Assembly (NCBI GenBank): GCA_002433595.1
Contig: DJIL01000014.1
Location: 1 to 22,297, forward strand
Length of the DNA: 22,297 nt
From: a bacterium UBP8_UBA6595
GTDB taxonomy: Bacteria > Margulisbacteria > Marinamargulisbacteria > UBA6595
Direction of reading: 5' to 3'
The notes below the pieces were generated by a model. That model did no database searches. It was not told the DNA's origin and saw nothing but the letters and a program-made list of their open reading frames with translations. Both the position numbers and the translations under genes were made by a program. Of this stretch, positions 1 through 8,295 are shown piece by piece (position 1 is the first letter of the stretch; each line of letters begins with the position of its first letter).

Positions 1-173
1 CAGTAGCTATACCCGATCATTCCAATGGTTTGGAGTGGCTCGGTCTTCCAAAATGACCATTCATAGTAGGCATGGTATTCAAGTAAAAACCATGCATGGA
101 TAACGATTAATATTTTTAGTATAGGGGTTCGAGGAAAATGGAAGGACTGGGATAGCTGCTGTTTAATGTTCAT
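1..173 (-). CDS. Possible 5' end of a divergently transcribed hypothetical gene that runs off the left edge (N-terminus MNIKQQLSQSFHFPRTPILKILIVIHAWFLLEYHAYYEW...).
   Basis: The minus-strand frame is open from the ATG at 173..171 down to position 1 (57 codons). It is absent from the ORF track because no stop lies inside the window. It contains a hydrophobic stretch. There is no SD, and a single frame is open over 57 codons by chance about 6% of the time, so this may be spurious. Confidence 0.2.
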   Translation of the reverse strand, partial: MNIKQQLSQSFHFPRTPILKILIVIHAWFLLEYHAYYEWSFWKTEPLQTIGMIGYSY

Positions 174-258
174 TTTTTTAATAGTACCTGATAAACCCGC
201 CAATTGAAATCAGTAAGTGTCTAGTCATGCGCAGACGCCCCATGGCCATGCGGGTTTG

Positions 259-267
259 TGGTAAAAT
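259..267 (+). promoter_or_regulatory. Extended -10 element TGgTAAAAT directly upstream of the permease start, implying a near-leaderless transcript.
   Basis: The sequence tgtggtaaaat ends 9 nt before the ATG at 277. There is no SD in between and no good -35. Confidence 0.25.
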
Positions 268-276
268 AGAGACTCT

Positions 277-1578
277 ATGACCAGCGCAATTAAACTGCAT
301 CGACAATTGGGTGTTTGGGGTGCAGCCATGATGGGGCTGGGCTCTATTTTAGGTACCGGTGTATTTGTAAGCTTGGCCATTGTTGCGGATGTTACCGGCC
401 CGTCGGTTATTTTGGCCTGTGCGATTGCGGCTGTATTGGCGGCCTGCAATGCCATGAGCACGGTTCAATTATCTGTTAGCCACCCCGTGAGTGGGGGGGC
501 TTATGAGTATGCCAGTCGGTATTTAAATGCCCGCGTTGGCTTTGTTGCCGGTTGGTTGTTTTTGTTGGCCAAGGTGGCATCCGCAGCGACGGCGGCTCTG
601 GGATTCGCAACGTATTTTCGAGCGGGGTTTTCAGAAGCCACCACAATGCCGAGTGTTACGACAATTGCCTTAATCACCGTGCTGAGTATGACGGCAATTG
701 CTGCTTTTGGTTTAAAGCAAGCCAATATGGTCAATATTGTCATGGTTTTCATTACGATTGGGTCGTTAGGCTTATTTGTTTTTACCGGGTTTCAGGAAAG
801 TCATGCGCCGATTATGACTAGTCTAACGCCCTTTTTTTCGGGCACAATTACAGAGTTTTTATATGGGGTTGCCTTAGCGTTTGTTGCGTATGCTGGCTAC
901 GGGCGTATTGCAACCCTAGGGGAGGAGGTTCGTTACCCAAAAGAAACGATTCCAAAAGCCATTGGGCTCACCGTGGTAATCAGTGCAGTTTTGTATATTA
1001 CGGTGTCATTGGTAGCCATTAGTCTAACTGGGGGAGAGTTTCATGAAGTTTTGTCACAAAATCCCACAGTGGCACCGTTAATTCACGTGGCGCAAGTGGC
1101 CCAATTGCCATTTAGTCACAGTATTTTGGTAGTTGGCGCCATGACGGCTATGTTGGGGGTATTGCTAAACCTAATTTTAGGATTGTCTCGAACAATATTA
1201 GCAATGGGGAGACGGGGGGATATGCCAGTAAGTTTGACCCGTTTAAATGCCAATAGAACAACACCGTATAGGGCGGTAGTGTTTGTAGGCATTTTGATTC
1301 TAGCGATTACAAGCGTGGGCGATTTAAAATTGGCGTGGACGTTTAGTGCGCTAAATGTATTAATTTATTATTCTATTACCAATCTGGCCGCATTAAAAAT
1401 TAAAGGGTCTGATCGGTTTATTAGCCGGTGGATATCTCGGGTAGGATTTATGGGCTGCTTGTTTTTATCCCTATGGATTGATTCGGATATGTGGCTGTTA
1501 TGTGGGGCTTTATTGGGAACGGGCTTTGTGTTTCGATGGTTGCTTATGACCCCAAGTCGGGTACAGAAAACAAAATAG
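277..1578 (+). CDS. APC-superfamily amino acid/polyamine permease
   Basis: 433-aa ORF with about 12 hydrophobic segments. It has a glycine-rich TM1 (GVWGAAMMGLGSILGTGVFV) and the overall architecture typical of APC transporters. Confidence 0.8.
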   Translation: MTSAIKLHRQLGVWGAAMMGLGSILGTGVFVSLAIVADVTGPSVILACAIAAVLAACNAMSTVQLSVSHPVSGGAYEYASRYLNARVGFVAGWLFLLAKVASAATAALGFATYFRAGFSEATTMPSVTTIALITVLSMTAIAAFGLKQANMVNIVMVFITIGSLGLFVFTGFQESHAPIMTSLTPFFSGTITEFLYGVALAFVAYAGYGRIATLGEEVRYPKETIPKAIGLTVVISAVLYITVSLVAISLTGGEFHEVLSQNPTVAPLIHVAQVAQLPFSHSILVVGAMTAMLGVLLNLILGLSRTILAMGRRGDMPVSLTRLNANRTTPYRAVVFVGILILAITSVGDLKLAWTFSALNVLIYYSITNLAALKIKGSDRFISRWISRVGFMGCLFLSLWIDSDMWLLCGALLGTGFVFRWLLMTPSRVQKTK

Positions 1579-2212
1579 GCAAGTGAGTCTTTGCCTGAAT
1601 AATAGCCATGTTATCGGCAGCAATGGGTGCCGGAGTATCCACTGGTACATGATTAAACACCAGCCCCATAAGGGGCACTTTAGCAGCACGTAGCGCTTGA
1701 ATCGTGAGCAAACTATGATTGATGCATCCCAGCGTATTGCCGATCACAATAACCGTGGGCAAGTTTAGGGCAGACACACAGTCCAATACCGTTTCTGTTG
1801 GCGTTACCGGGACTAGAATGCCGCCAGCACCTTCGCAAATAACTGTATCGAATTGGTTAGCCAGTCGATAAAAAGCTGCGTAAATTTTTTCAGTATGAAT
1901 GGGCGTGTTTTCTAAGTGTGCGGCCAAATGGGGGGATGCCGGATAGGCAAACTGATACGGACAGCAATCGGCTAAATACGGCATGAGGGCGGCGGTACCT
2001 CGTTGCCGAATAACCCAGTGCGTGTTTAAATCCTCTGGAATCGGGGCGGTACAGCCCGTCTGAACCCATTTTTGAGTGATTACTTGCCGTGTTGTTTGCA
2101 AGTGCTTGGCAATTAAGCCGGTAACAACAGTTTTTCCCACGCCGGTATTGGTACCCGTGATAAATAGGTGCTGGGGCCATTCAATCGTGGATGGAAGTGT
2201 AAAGTCAATCAT
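1544..2212 (-). CDS. bioD: Dethiobiotin synthetase
   Basis: P-loop ITGTNTGVGKT and the motifs CEGAGG and GCINH are diagnostic of BioD. Its ATG overlaps the bioC stop by 8 nt. Confidence 0.85.
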   Translation of the reverse strand: MIDFTLPSTIEWPQHLFITGTNTGVGKTVVTGLIAKHLQTTRQVITQKWVQTGCTAPIPEDLNTHWVIRQRGTAALMPYLADCCPYQFAYPASPHLAAHLENTPIHTEKIYAAFYRLANQFDTVICEGAGGILVPVTPTETVLDCVSALNLPTVIVIGNTLGCINHSLLTIQALRAAKVPLMGLVFNHVPVDTPAPIAADNMAIIQAKTHLPILFSVPDLGS

Positions 2213-2927
2213 AATTTCGGATGCTAATTAAAGAGTGTGTTGCCCAAATGCCCCCAAAATGCCGGCAATAGGTTTCGGCTAAGGCAGAGAGTCGTCGAGG
2301 GGTCCACAATCCACGGGCGGTGGCCATTGAGGTGCCAGTATATTTAATTGTTTTGAGTAAGTCTGTGATGGAGGGATAAGCCACCGATAAGCGGGTATGG
2401 TCAATAACAAGCGGGCCAAATTCGGGGCGCAAATCGCGCACATAATCATCGACTGTTCGAAATGGGGTATTCGGTAGGGGCGTCCTTTGGGGCCAACAAA
2501 TACGAAGGGCTTGGTGTAACTCTGTGTAGGTTTCGGGGCCAAACATATGAATATTAAACCCGCCGTGGGGGGCCAGGTTTTTTCGAATAATCGGCGCGAT
2601 TGGGCCCGTTAGCCAGTGAAGGGTTCCGTGGCTACTAATGAAATCGACACGATCAGGGTGTGTGTAGGTTTCGGCAGAGGCAATCTGCCAGCGGATGGGG
2701 GCGGCATACTTTCGAGCCTGGTCAATCATTTGGGACGATTGGTCCACGCCAGTGATGATGCTTTGGGTATAACGGCTGTGTAGTTTGAGTGTATTTACGC
2801 CAGTGCCACAGCCAATATCTAAAATTTGGTCAGGGGCTCTGGTTGGGTATGTAGGCAAAACGCGGGTAAAAAGGGCCTGTTGTGCGGTACTAAACTGGGT
2901 GTATGTAGGGGCGGCTGTGTCAAACAT
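2205..2927 (-). CDS. bioC: Malonyl-ACP O-methyltransferase (class I SAM methyltransferase)
   Basis: SAM motif I (ILDIGCGTG), and it aligns colinearly with BioC (the HGTLHWL and ELHQAL regions). It sits between bioH and bioD. Confidence 0.75.
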   Translation of the reverse strand: MFDTAAPTYTQFSTAQQALFTRVLPTYPTRAPDQILDIGCGTGVNTLKLHSRYTQSIITGVDQSSQMIDQARKYAAPIRWQIASAETYTHPDRVDFISSHGTLHWLTGPIAPIIRKNLAPHGGFNIHMFGPETYTELHQALRICWPQRTPLPNTPFRTVDDYVRDLRPEFGPLVIDHTRLSVAYPSITDLLKTIKYTGTSMATARGLWTPRRLSALAETYCRHFGGIWATHSLISIRNYD

Positions 2928-3570
2928 GGGTATTGCGATGACGGCACAGTTGATGCTGGAAGTCTGTGTTTAGAAAGGGGAAGTGCCCGGTGTTAATCAG
3001 TTGGAGCTCAGTGTTTAGAGCGGCTGCCAACCCGCGTGTCTCTTGAATGGGTGCAATGGCATCGTACTGCCCATGATACAAGGTTAAATTGGGCCACTCA
3101 GCCAATAGGGACGTCTGAAACGATTGGGTGAGTACGGACAGACCGGCTAAAAGGGCCTCTTTGGGCCACATTGCGTGACACTGTGTGTGAAAATAGGTAT
3201 GGAATTGGCGGTATTCCTGGGCATTGTGAAAACAGGTTTGGTGAAAGGTGCTAAGAACAGATTCCGGGTGCTTAGCCATTGTTTTTTGAAAGCGGGTAAT
3301 GCTTTTTTTGGGGTAACAAGGGGCCACGCCAACAAGATAGATGTGGTGTAAGTACGGGGCCAAGTCGGGTAGCCATTGGGATAACATGAGTCCGCCCATC
3401 GAAAAAGCGAGGCAGTCCATAGGGGCGTGCATGCGCGCATACGCTACCCATGGTTCGGGGTCTTGGTGCCAGCTTGATTGGTACCCTACATCGGGTATTC
3501 TGTAACCGGGGGAATACTGAAAGCAGTCGGGAGAAAACCCCCATCCGGGGAGTATTAGCAAGGGCCTCAT
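2920..3570 (-). CDS. bioH: Pimeloyl-ACP methyl ester carboxylesterase (alpha/beta hydrolase, BioH-like)
   Basis: LLILPGWG oxyanion region, nucleophile elbow AFSMGG, and C-terminal LYHGQYD...GHFPF, all BioH-like. I take the ATG at 3570..3568, which forms an ATGA overlap with the bioF stop. The ORF-track start at 3588 is a GTG. Confidence 0.65.
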   Translation of the reverse strand: MRPLLILPGWGFSPDCFQYSPGYRIPDVGYQSSWHQDPEPWVAYARMHAPMDCLAFSMGGLMLSQWLPDLAPYLHHIYLVGVAPCYPKKSITRFQKTMAKHPESVLSTFHQTCFHNAQEYRQFHTYFHTQCHAMWPKEALLAGLSVLTQSFQTSLLAEWPNLTLYHGQYDAIAPIQETRGLAAALNTELQLINTGHFPFLNTDFQHQLCRHRNTHV

Positions 3571-4688
3571 GTCTGTATTGAGTGCCACGCAGTGGCCAGT
3601 TGATCAATATCAGACAGCCGATGATTAGCGCGTAGGCTAATTCGAATTAAATCGGTGTGTTTGGGTACCGTTGGGTGTCGAATGGCTGTAGCAATGATCC
3701 CCTGCTGAGCCAAGGCATGGGTATAAGCAAGCGCTTTTTCAGGACAGCCAACCGGTAATGGGACAATGTGATGCTTAGCGGTCGGGGAACAACCCGTGGG
3801 GAGGGTCGTATGACAATAGCGTGTAAGAGTCGCCAATGCCAGTTGGTGCTGGCTATGGTTTTGGGTAACTGTTGCTAGATTGACCCCAGCAACAAAGGGC
3901 GGTAAGGCTGTTGAGTAAATAAACGGTCGGCATCGATTAATGAGGTAGTCGCGTAGCTCAGGCGAACCGCCAATAAAGGCGCCCATACTTCCCCAAGCTT
4001 TGCCAAAGGTTCCAATGATAATATCAACAGCATCCAAAATATGGTGTGCGTCAGCGAGCCCCATGCCGGACGGGCCGTAGCAACCCACCGCGTGGGCTTC
4101 GTCCACAATCAATTGGGCCTTGGCATCGCATTTAAGTTGAATTAATCGCTCAAAGTTGCACGAAGCCCCCGTCATGCTGAATAAGGATTCGGTGACAATG
4201 AATAATCGATTGTAGTTTGCACGGTGCTTCTGAATTAAATACCCTAAATGATCATAATCAGTATGCCGATAGCGTTTAAACGTAGCGGCGGATAGCCGAG
4301 CGCCGTCAATTAGGCTGGCATGACAGGCACGATCTGCTAAAATCAAATCAGAACGCTGAGGGAGGCATCCCAATAGGCCAGTATTGGCATGGTAGCCAGA
4401 GTTTACCACTAATGCAGACTTGCCCAGACGTATAGAGAGGGCCGATTCTAAATCGCATAGCGTGGGGTATTGCCCACTTAATAACCGAGAGCCAGTGGCC
4501 CCTGCGCCATAATGGTTGGCGGCAGCTAACCCTGCTTGAATGCGGGAGTAATCCGTTGTTAATCCTAGATAGTCGTTGGTATTAAAGACAATTAATGACG
4601 CATCAGAGCCGGAGACTTGATCGGGAAGTGTGCGGTATGAATGGGTGTCTTTAAGTTTAGATAGCGTATGATTTAAAAAGCGATCCAA
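3567..4688 (-). CDS. bioF: 8-amino-7-oxononanoate synthase (PLP-dependent)
   Basis: Colinear with BioF/AONS family proteins (NDYLGL, FSMTG, and the TFGKA PLP-lysine region). The only possible start is the TTG at 4688..4686, 3 nt after the ftsZ stop. Confidence 0.85.
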   Translation of the reverse strand: MDRFLNHTLSKLKDTHSYRTLPDQVSGSDASLIVFNTNDYLGLTTDYSRIQAGLAAANHYGAGATGSRLLSGQYPTLCDLESALSIRLGKSALVVNSGYHANTGLLGCLPQRSDLILADRACHASLIDGARLSAATFKRYRHTDYDHLGYLIQKHRANYNRLFIVTESLFSMTGASCNFERLIQLKCDAKAQLIVDEAHAVGCYGPSGMGLADAHHILDAVDIIIGTFGKAWGSMGAFIGGSPELRDYLINRCRPFIYSTALPPFVAGVNLATVTQNHSQHQLALATLTRYCHTTLPTGCSPTAKHHIVPLPVGCPEKALAYTHALAQQGIIATAIRHPTVPKHTDLIRISLRANHRLSDIDQLATAWHSIQT

Positions 4689-4691
4689 GAC

Positions 4692-5978
4692 TTACTTGCG
4701 TAAAAAAGCAGGGAATTCCAAATCATCGCTTAAAGAATCAGATACAATATCTGCGTCCTCGGGTCGGGGACGGTTAATAGCGTATTGAACGGGCGGCCGC
4801 TCAACGGGTGGTTGAGGGGAGGCAGGCGATTCCGTGAATTGAGGCTTTGATCCGGACGATTCTACAGAATAGGGGGTGCCAATAGATGATGCATTAGGCT
4901 CAGGTTCTAAGAGAGACGGGGGGGCTGGCATGGGGGCAGCCGTTGAAGCGGTCACCGTTTCAGCCGTAGGCTTGTCTTCCAAGTGGTCACGGGGTATAGA
5001 GGTTCGAGACGCGGGCTGGTGCTTATCGGGCTTAAACCCAGTCGCGATGACGGTTACAATTAAATGATCTTCAGCGTTTTTATCAATAACGGATCCGAAT
5101 ACAATATTAGCATTGGACTGATCAACCGCTTCATAGATAGTTTGGGCGGCTTGATCAACCTCATGTAAACTCATGGTCTCACTACCGGTTATATTAATAA
5201 TAACGCCACTAGCCCCAGTAATTGTTTCTTCAAGTAGTGGCGAAGAAATGGCTTGCTCAGCGGCTTCAATAGCCCGGTTTTCGCCACTGGCTTTTCCAAT
5301 ACCCATCATGGCAGATCCAGAGTCAGACATAATCGTGCGAACATCGGCAAAGTCTAAATTGATTAAACCTGGAATTGTAATTAAATCAGCGATCCCTTGA
5401 ACCCCTTGGCGCAGAACATCATCGGCCATTTTAAACGCATCGATTAATGTTGTCATTTTTTCTGTAATTTTAAGTAACTGGTCGTTGGGAATGACAATTA
5501 AGGCATCAAGCTCATCACGAAGTGACTGCACACCGTATTCAGATTGCTGCAATCGAACAGGCCCTTCAAATCGAAATGGCTTAGTGACAACGCCAATAGT
5601 CAAGGCACCGGCTTCTTTAGCAATTTTGGCAATCATAGGGGAAGCCCCAGTCCCGGTTCCACCCCCCATTCCAGCAGTAATGAACACCATATCGGCACCT
5701 TCAATGGCCATTTTGATATCGTCTTTACTTTCTTGGGCAGATTGCTCCCCCATTTGAGCTTGAGCCCCACAGCCAAGCCCTTTTGTTATCTTGGTTCCTA
5801 ACTGCAATTTATGATCAGATAAGCTAGTGTTTAATGCCTGAAGATCGGTGTTCATTACCCAAAACTCAACCCCTGTAAGATTGGACGCAATCATTCGATT
5901 GACTGCGTTTGTACCACCACCACCAACACCAATAACTTTTATGTTTGCATATTTATTTAACGAATCATTCGCATTCAT
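4692..5978 (-). CDS. ftsZ: Cell division GTPase FtsZ
   Basis: IKVIGVGGGGTNAVNRM, the tubulin signature GGGTGTG, a long Pro/Ser-rich linker and the conserved C-terminal peptide DDLEFPAFLRK. Confidence 0.95.
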   Translation of the reverse strand: MNANDSLNKYANIKVIGVGGGGTNAVNRMIASNLTGVEFWVMNTDLQALNTSLSDHKLQLGTKITKGLGCGAQAQMGEQSAQESKDDIKMAIEGADMVFITAGMGGGTGTGASPMIAKIAKEAGALTIGVVTKPFRFEGPVRLQQSEYGVQSLRDELDALIVIPNDQLLKITEKMTTLIDAFKMADDVLRQGVQGIADLITIPGLINLDFADVRTIMSDSGSAMMGIGKASGENRAIEAAEQAISSPLLEETITGASGVIINITGSETMSLHEVDQAAQTIYEAVDQSNANIVFGSVIDKNAEDHLIVTVIATGFKPDKHQPASRTSIPRDHLEDKPTAETVTASTAAPMPAPPSLLEPEPNASSIGTPYSVESSGSKPQFTESPASPQPPVERPPVQYAINRPRPEDADIVSDSLSDDLEFPAFLRK

Positions 5979-6026
5979 TTCATGAAACAGTTTAGCATAC
6001 TCACTTGCCGAATGCTAGGTATTGAT

Positions 6027-6056
6027 TTGACAATACGCGTGTTCGTTTTGTACGAT
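6027..6056 (+). promoter_or_regulatory. Candidate sigma70 promoter (TTGACA-N18-TACGAT) for the lipoprotein gene, within the ftsZ/lipoprotein divergent region.
   Basis: TTGACA at 6027..6032 and TACGAT at 6051..6056. The spacer is 18 nt and the ATG is at 6076. Confidence 0.3.
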
Positions 6057-6075
6057 TTCCAATACGGATTCTTGC

Positions 6076-6468
6076 ATGGTTCATAAAATTTACATTGTAG
6101 TTTTGGTTTCTTTAGTCCTAACGGGGTGTGCCGGTCGATCCGCCATGCATCGCGAATCGACAGTGGCCGGCCGTGCGTTGCCTAAGCCCGTAATGCATCA
6201 AATGATTCACAAGCATGTTAAAGAAGGAACCACACAGCGTGCAGATATAGTGGCTACTTTTGGATACCCCAGCAGCACGTTTCAATCGGAACGTGGGCGA
6301 ACTGTTTGGTACTACCCAGGTATGGGGTACCACGCTAATGCCAAAAAAAGACACTTTAAACTGCATCAGGCCACCGATCCTCAGGCCGTCGATCTGGTGA
6401 TCATCTACGGGGATGATTCGTTTGAAAACACCGTGGCTCAGGTGCGGATAATGCCCGCACACTTATAG
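6076..6468 (+). CDS. Small outer-membrane lipoprotein, BamE (SmpA/OmlA)-like
   Basis: Lipoprotein signal peptide with lipobox LVLTGC. A G-T-x-x-x-V-x-x-x-G-P...W-Y-Y pattern (KEGTTQRADIVATFGYPSS...TVWYY) resembles the BamE fold motif. Confidence 0.45.
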   Translation: MVHKIYIVVLVSLVLTGCAGRSAMHRESTVAGRALPKPVMHQMIHKHVKEGTTQRADIVATFGYPSSTFQSERGRTVWYYPGMGYHANAKKRHFKLHQATDPQAVDLVIIYGDDSFENTVAQVRIMPAHL

Positions 6469-6471
6469 TTA

Positions 6472-6491
6472 GGGCCAGGCTGCCTAGGCCC
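6472..6491. terminator. GC-rich hairpin between the convergent lipoprotein and lptFG genes; possible bidirectional terminator.
   Basis: GGGCCAGG ctg CCTaGGCCC gives an 8-bp stem with one bulge. It overlaps the lptFG stop, and the flanking T/A runs are weak. Confidence 0.25.
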
Positions 6492-7578
6492 GGACTTTGA
6501 CTTGGTACCAAATGAAACTAATTCCCAACAGCAATAAATTGGGAATCCAGGCTGCAATAACAGGGTATAACCAGCCCAGAAGACACCCCCCCATAGCGAC
6601 AGATAAAAGAACGTAATAGGCAATAATAGTCCCAACCCCAACACCAAGGTTAGCCATAGACCGTGTGCGTTGAAACGAAAGGCTCATGAGTGCACCGATA
6701 ATGGCAAAGGTCAATGTGGTAAATGGAAGTGAAAACTTAACATGTAGATTAAACTGGTCATCTCGGCTAAACCGGCCCGTTGCTTCTTTTTGCTGAATTT
6801 GAGTTTTGAGTGCTTGACTACTTAGTTGTTCCGCGCGGGATTCAGTCGCATGAATGCGATCCGGGGGAACCGTCAAAGGCGTGCGCCAGCCAGTGGTAAT
6901 GGCTGATGTGTGAATATGACTGGGTTGAATGACAAATTGAATCCCCTGATTGAGCGCCCAATAACCACCACGCCAATGGGCGCTTGCCGCTTTGGTGACT
7001 CGATAAATGCGGGAATCGTTATTGTCATTGGTATATTCAATGAGCGTTGGAGTGCTCAATGTGTACGGTTCATTGGGGGTTGGCATGGCGTGCAAGCTAT
7101 AGCTAAGGTGCCCGTTGCTTTTGAATGATTGATAGTGAATGGCGGATACTGTCGCTGAACGGCTCAATGGCTGCGTAATTCGCGCAGCGGCTTGGTTGCT
7201 TGGGGCAACGCCATATTCATTAGCCCCAATGCTAAGCATGCTGAGAAAAAAGCTAATCCAAACAATGGGCTGAATAATTCGGGGAATCGACAGGCCCATA
7301 GCCCGAACGCTAACAATGGCTAATTGTTGGTTTAACTGACTCATGCTAACAAGGCTTGCGCATAAACTGCTCATGGGAATAGCATATAAAACAATGCTGG
7401 GAAATTGAAACAAAAGCAATAACATGGCGGGTTGAAATGACAGCGAATACTCATTGACGGTGGCAATCCAGGTGATTAATTGGGTGGCTGCCATTAGGAT
7501 AATACTGATCATAAGTAGGCTAAACACAAATGTTTTGCTCCATTCAGTGAGTAAATGGCGATCAAACCGTGTGATCAT
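6484..7578 (-). CDS. LPS export ABC permease, LptF/LptG (YjgP/YjgQ) family
   Basis: 3 TM + large periplasmic domain + 3 TM topology. Its start overlaps the lptB stop (ATGA). Only one F/G-family gene is present in the window. Confidence 0.8.
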   Translation of the reverse strand: MITRFDRHLLTEWSKTFVFSLLMISIILMAATQLITWIATVNEYSLSFQPAMLLLLFQFPSIVLYAIPMSSLCASLVSMSQLNQQLAIVSVRAMGLSIPRIIQPIVWISFFLSMLSIGANEYGVAPSNQAAARITQPLSRSATVSAIHYQSFKSNGHLSYSLHAMPTPNEPYTLSTPTLIEYTNDNNDSRIYRVTKAASAHWRGGYWALNQGIQFVIQPSHIHTSAITTGWRTPLTVPPDRIHATESRAEQLSSQALKTQIQQKEATGRFSRDDQFNLHVKFSLPFTTLTFAIIGALMSLSFQRTRSMANLGVGVGTIIAYYVLLSVAMGGCLLGWLYPVIAAWIPNLLLLGISFIWYQVKVRA

Positions 7579-8288
7579 AAATTAAAAGATTCTCCCAAAT
7601 AATATCGCTTAGCATCCGGATGATTAACAATTTCATCGGATGACCCATGCAATAGCACGCGGCCGTCGTGTAAGATATAGGTTTTGTCTGTAATAGACAG
7701 TGTTTCGCGAACGTTATGATCGGTTATAATAACACCCAGTCCAAGGGACTTGAGTTGCATAATAATGTCCTTAATTTCAGAAACAGCAATGGGGTCGATA
7801 CCTGCAAACGGCTCATCCAACAAAACAACACGCGGCTTGTTGGCCAATAACCGAGCAATTTCAACGCGGCGCTTTTCCCCACCAGAAAGCTCAATGCAGT
7901 ACGCATTTTTTAAATGCTGGATACTCATTTTCTCCAATAATTGATCCAACTCGGCGGCGTGATCCACTGGCGCTTTGGTAAGCTCCCAAACCATTAAAAT
8001 ATTATCAGCAACCGTTAGTTTTTTAAATAATGATGTTTCTTGAGGCAAATAGCCCAGTCCCAGCTGAGCGCGCTTATGCATGGGATACTTACCAATATCA
8101 ATAGAATCAAAATAAATATGACCCTGGTCCGATTGAACCAGGCCCATAATCATGTAAAAAGTGGTTGTTTTTCCAGCACCATTTGGGCCCAAGATCCCGA
8201 CAATTTCACCGGCATTAACCGTCAGGCTAACATCGTGAACAACGGTTCGCTTCCCGTATGTTTTTTTTAGGTGCCTAGCGTCCAGCAT
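7575..8288 (-). CDS. lptB: LPS export ABC transporter ATP-binding protein
   Basis: Near-colinear with LptB as I remember it: GPNGAGKTTTFYM, LGLGYLPQE, LSGGEKRRVEIAR, LLDEPFAGIDP, ITDHNVRETL and a C-terminal YLGESF. The LptB match is from memory rather than a search. Confidence 0.9.
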   Translation of the reverse strand: MLDARHLKKTYGKRTVVHDVSLTVNAGEIVGILGPNGAGKTTTFYMIMGLVQSDQGHIYFDSIDIGKYPMHKRAQLGLGYLPQETSLFKKLTVADNILMVWELTKAPVDHAAELDQLLEKMSIQHLKNAYCIELSGGEKRRVEIARLLANKPRVVLLDEPFAGIDPIAVSEIKDIIMQLKSLGLGVIITDHNVRETLSITDKTYILHDGRVLLHGSSDEIVNHPDAKRYYLGESFNL

Positions 8289-8295
8289 CGCTTGA

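Noticed and set aside
124-134. GGGGTTCGAGG, resembling a tRNA T-loop (GGTTCGA).
   Set aside because: There is no complementary T-stem, acceptor stem or anticodon arm around it on either strand.
225-461. 78-aa minus-strand ORF overlapping the permease start region.
   Set aside because: It is antisense to a well-supported transporter gene, has low-complexity Ala-rich translation, and has no family resemblance. Most likely spurious.
3571-3588. Longer bioH start (GTG at 3588) from the ORF track.
   Set aside because: The ATG at 3570 gives an ATGA stop/start overlap with bioF and an N-terminus (MRPLLILPGWG) that matches BioH.
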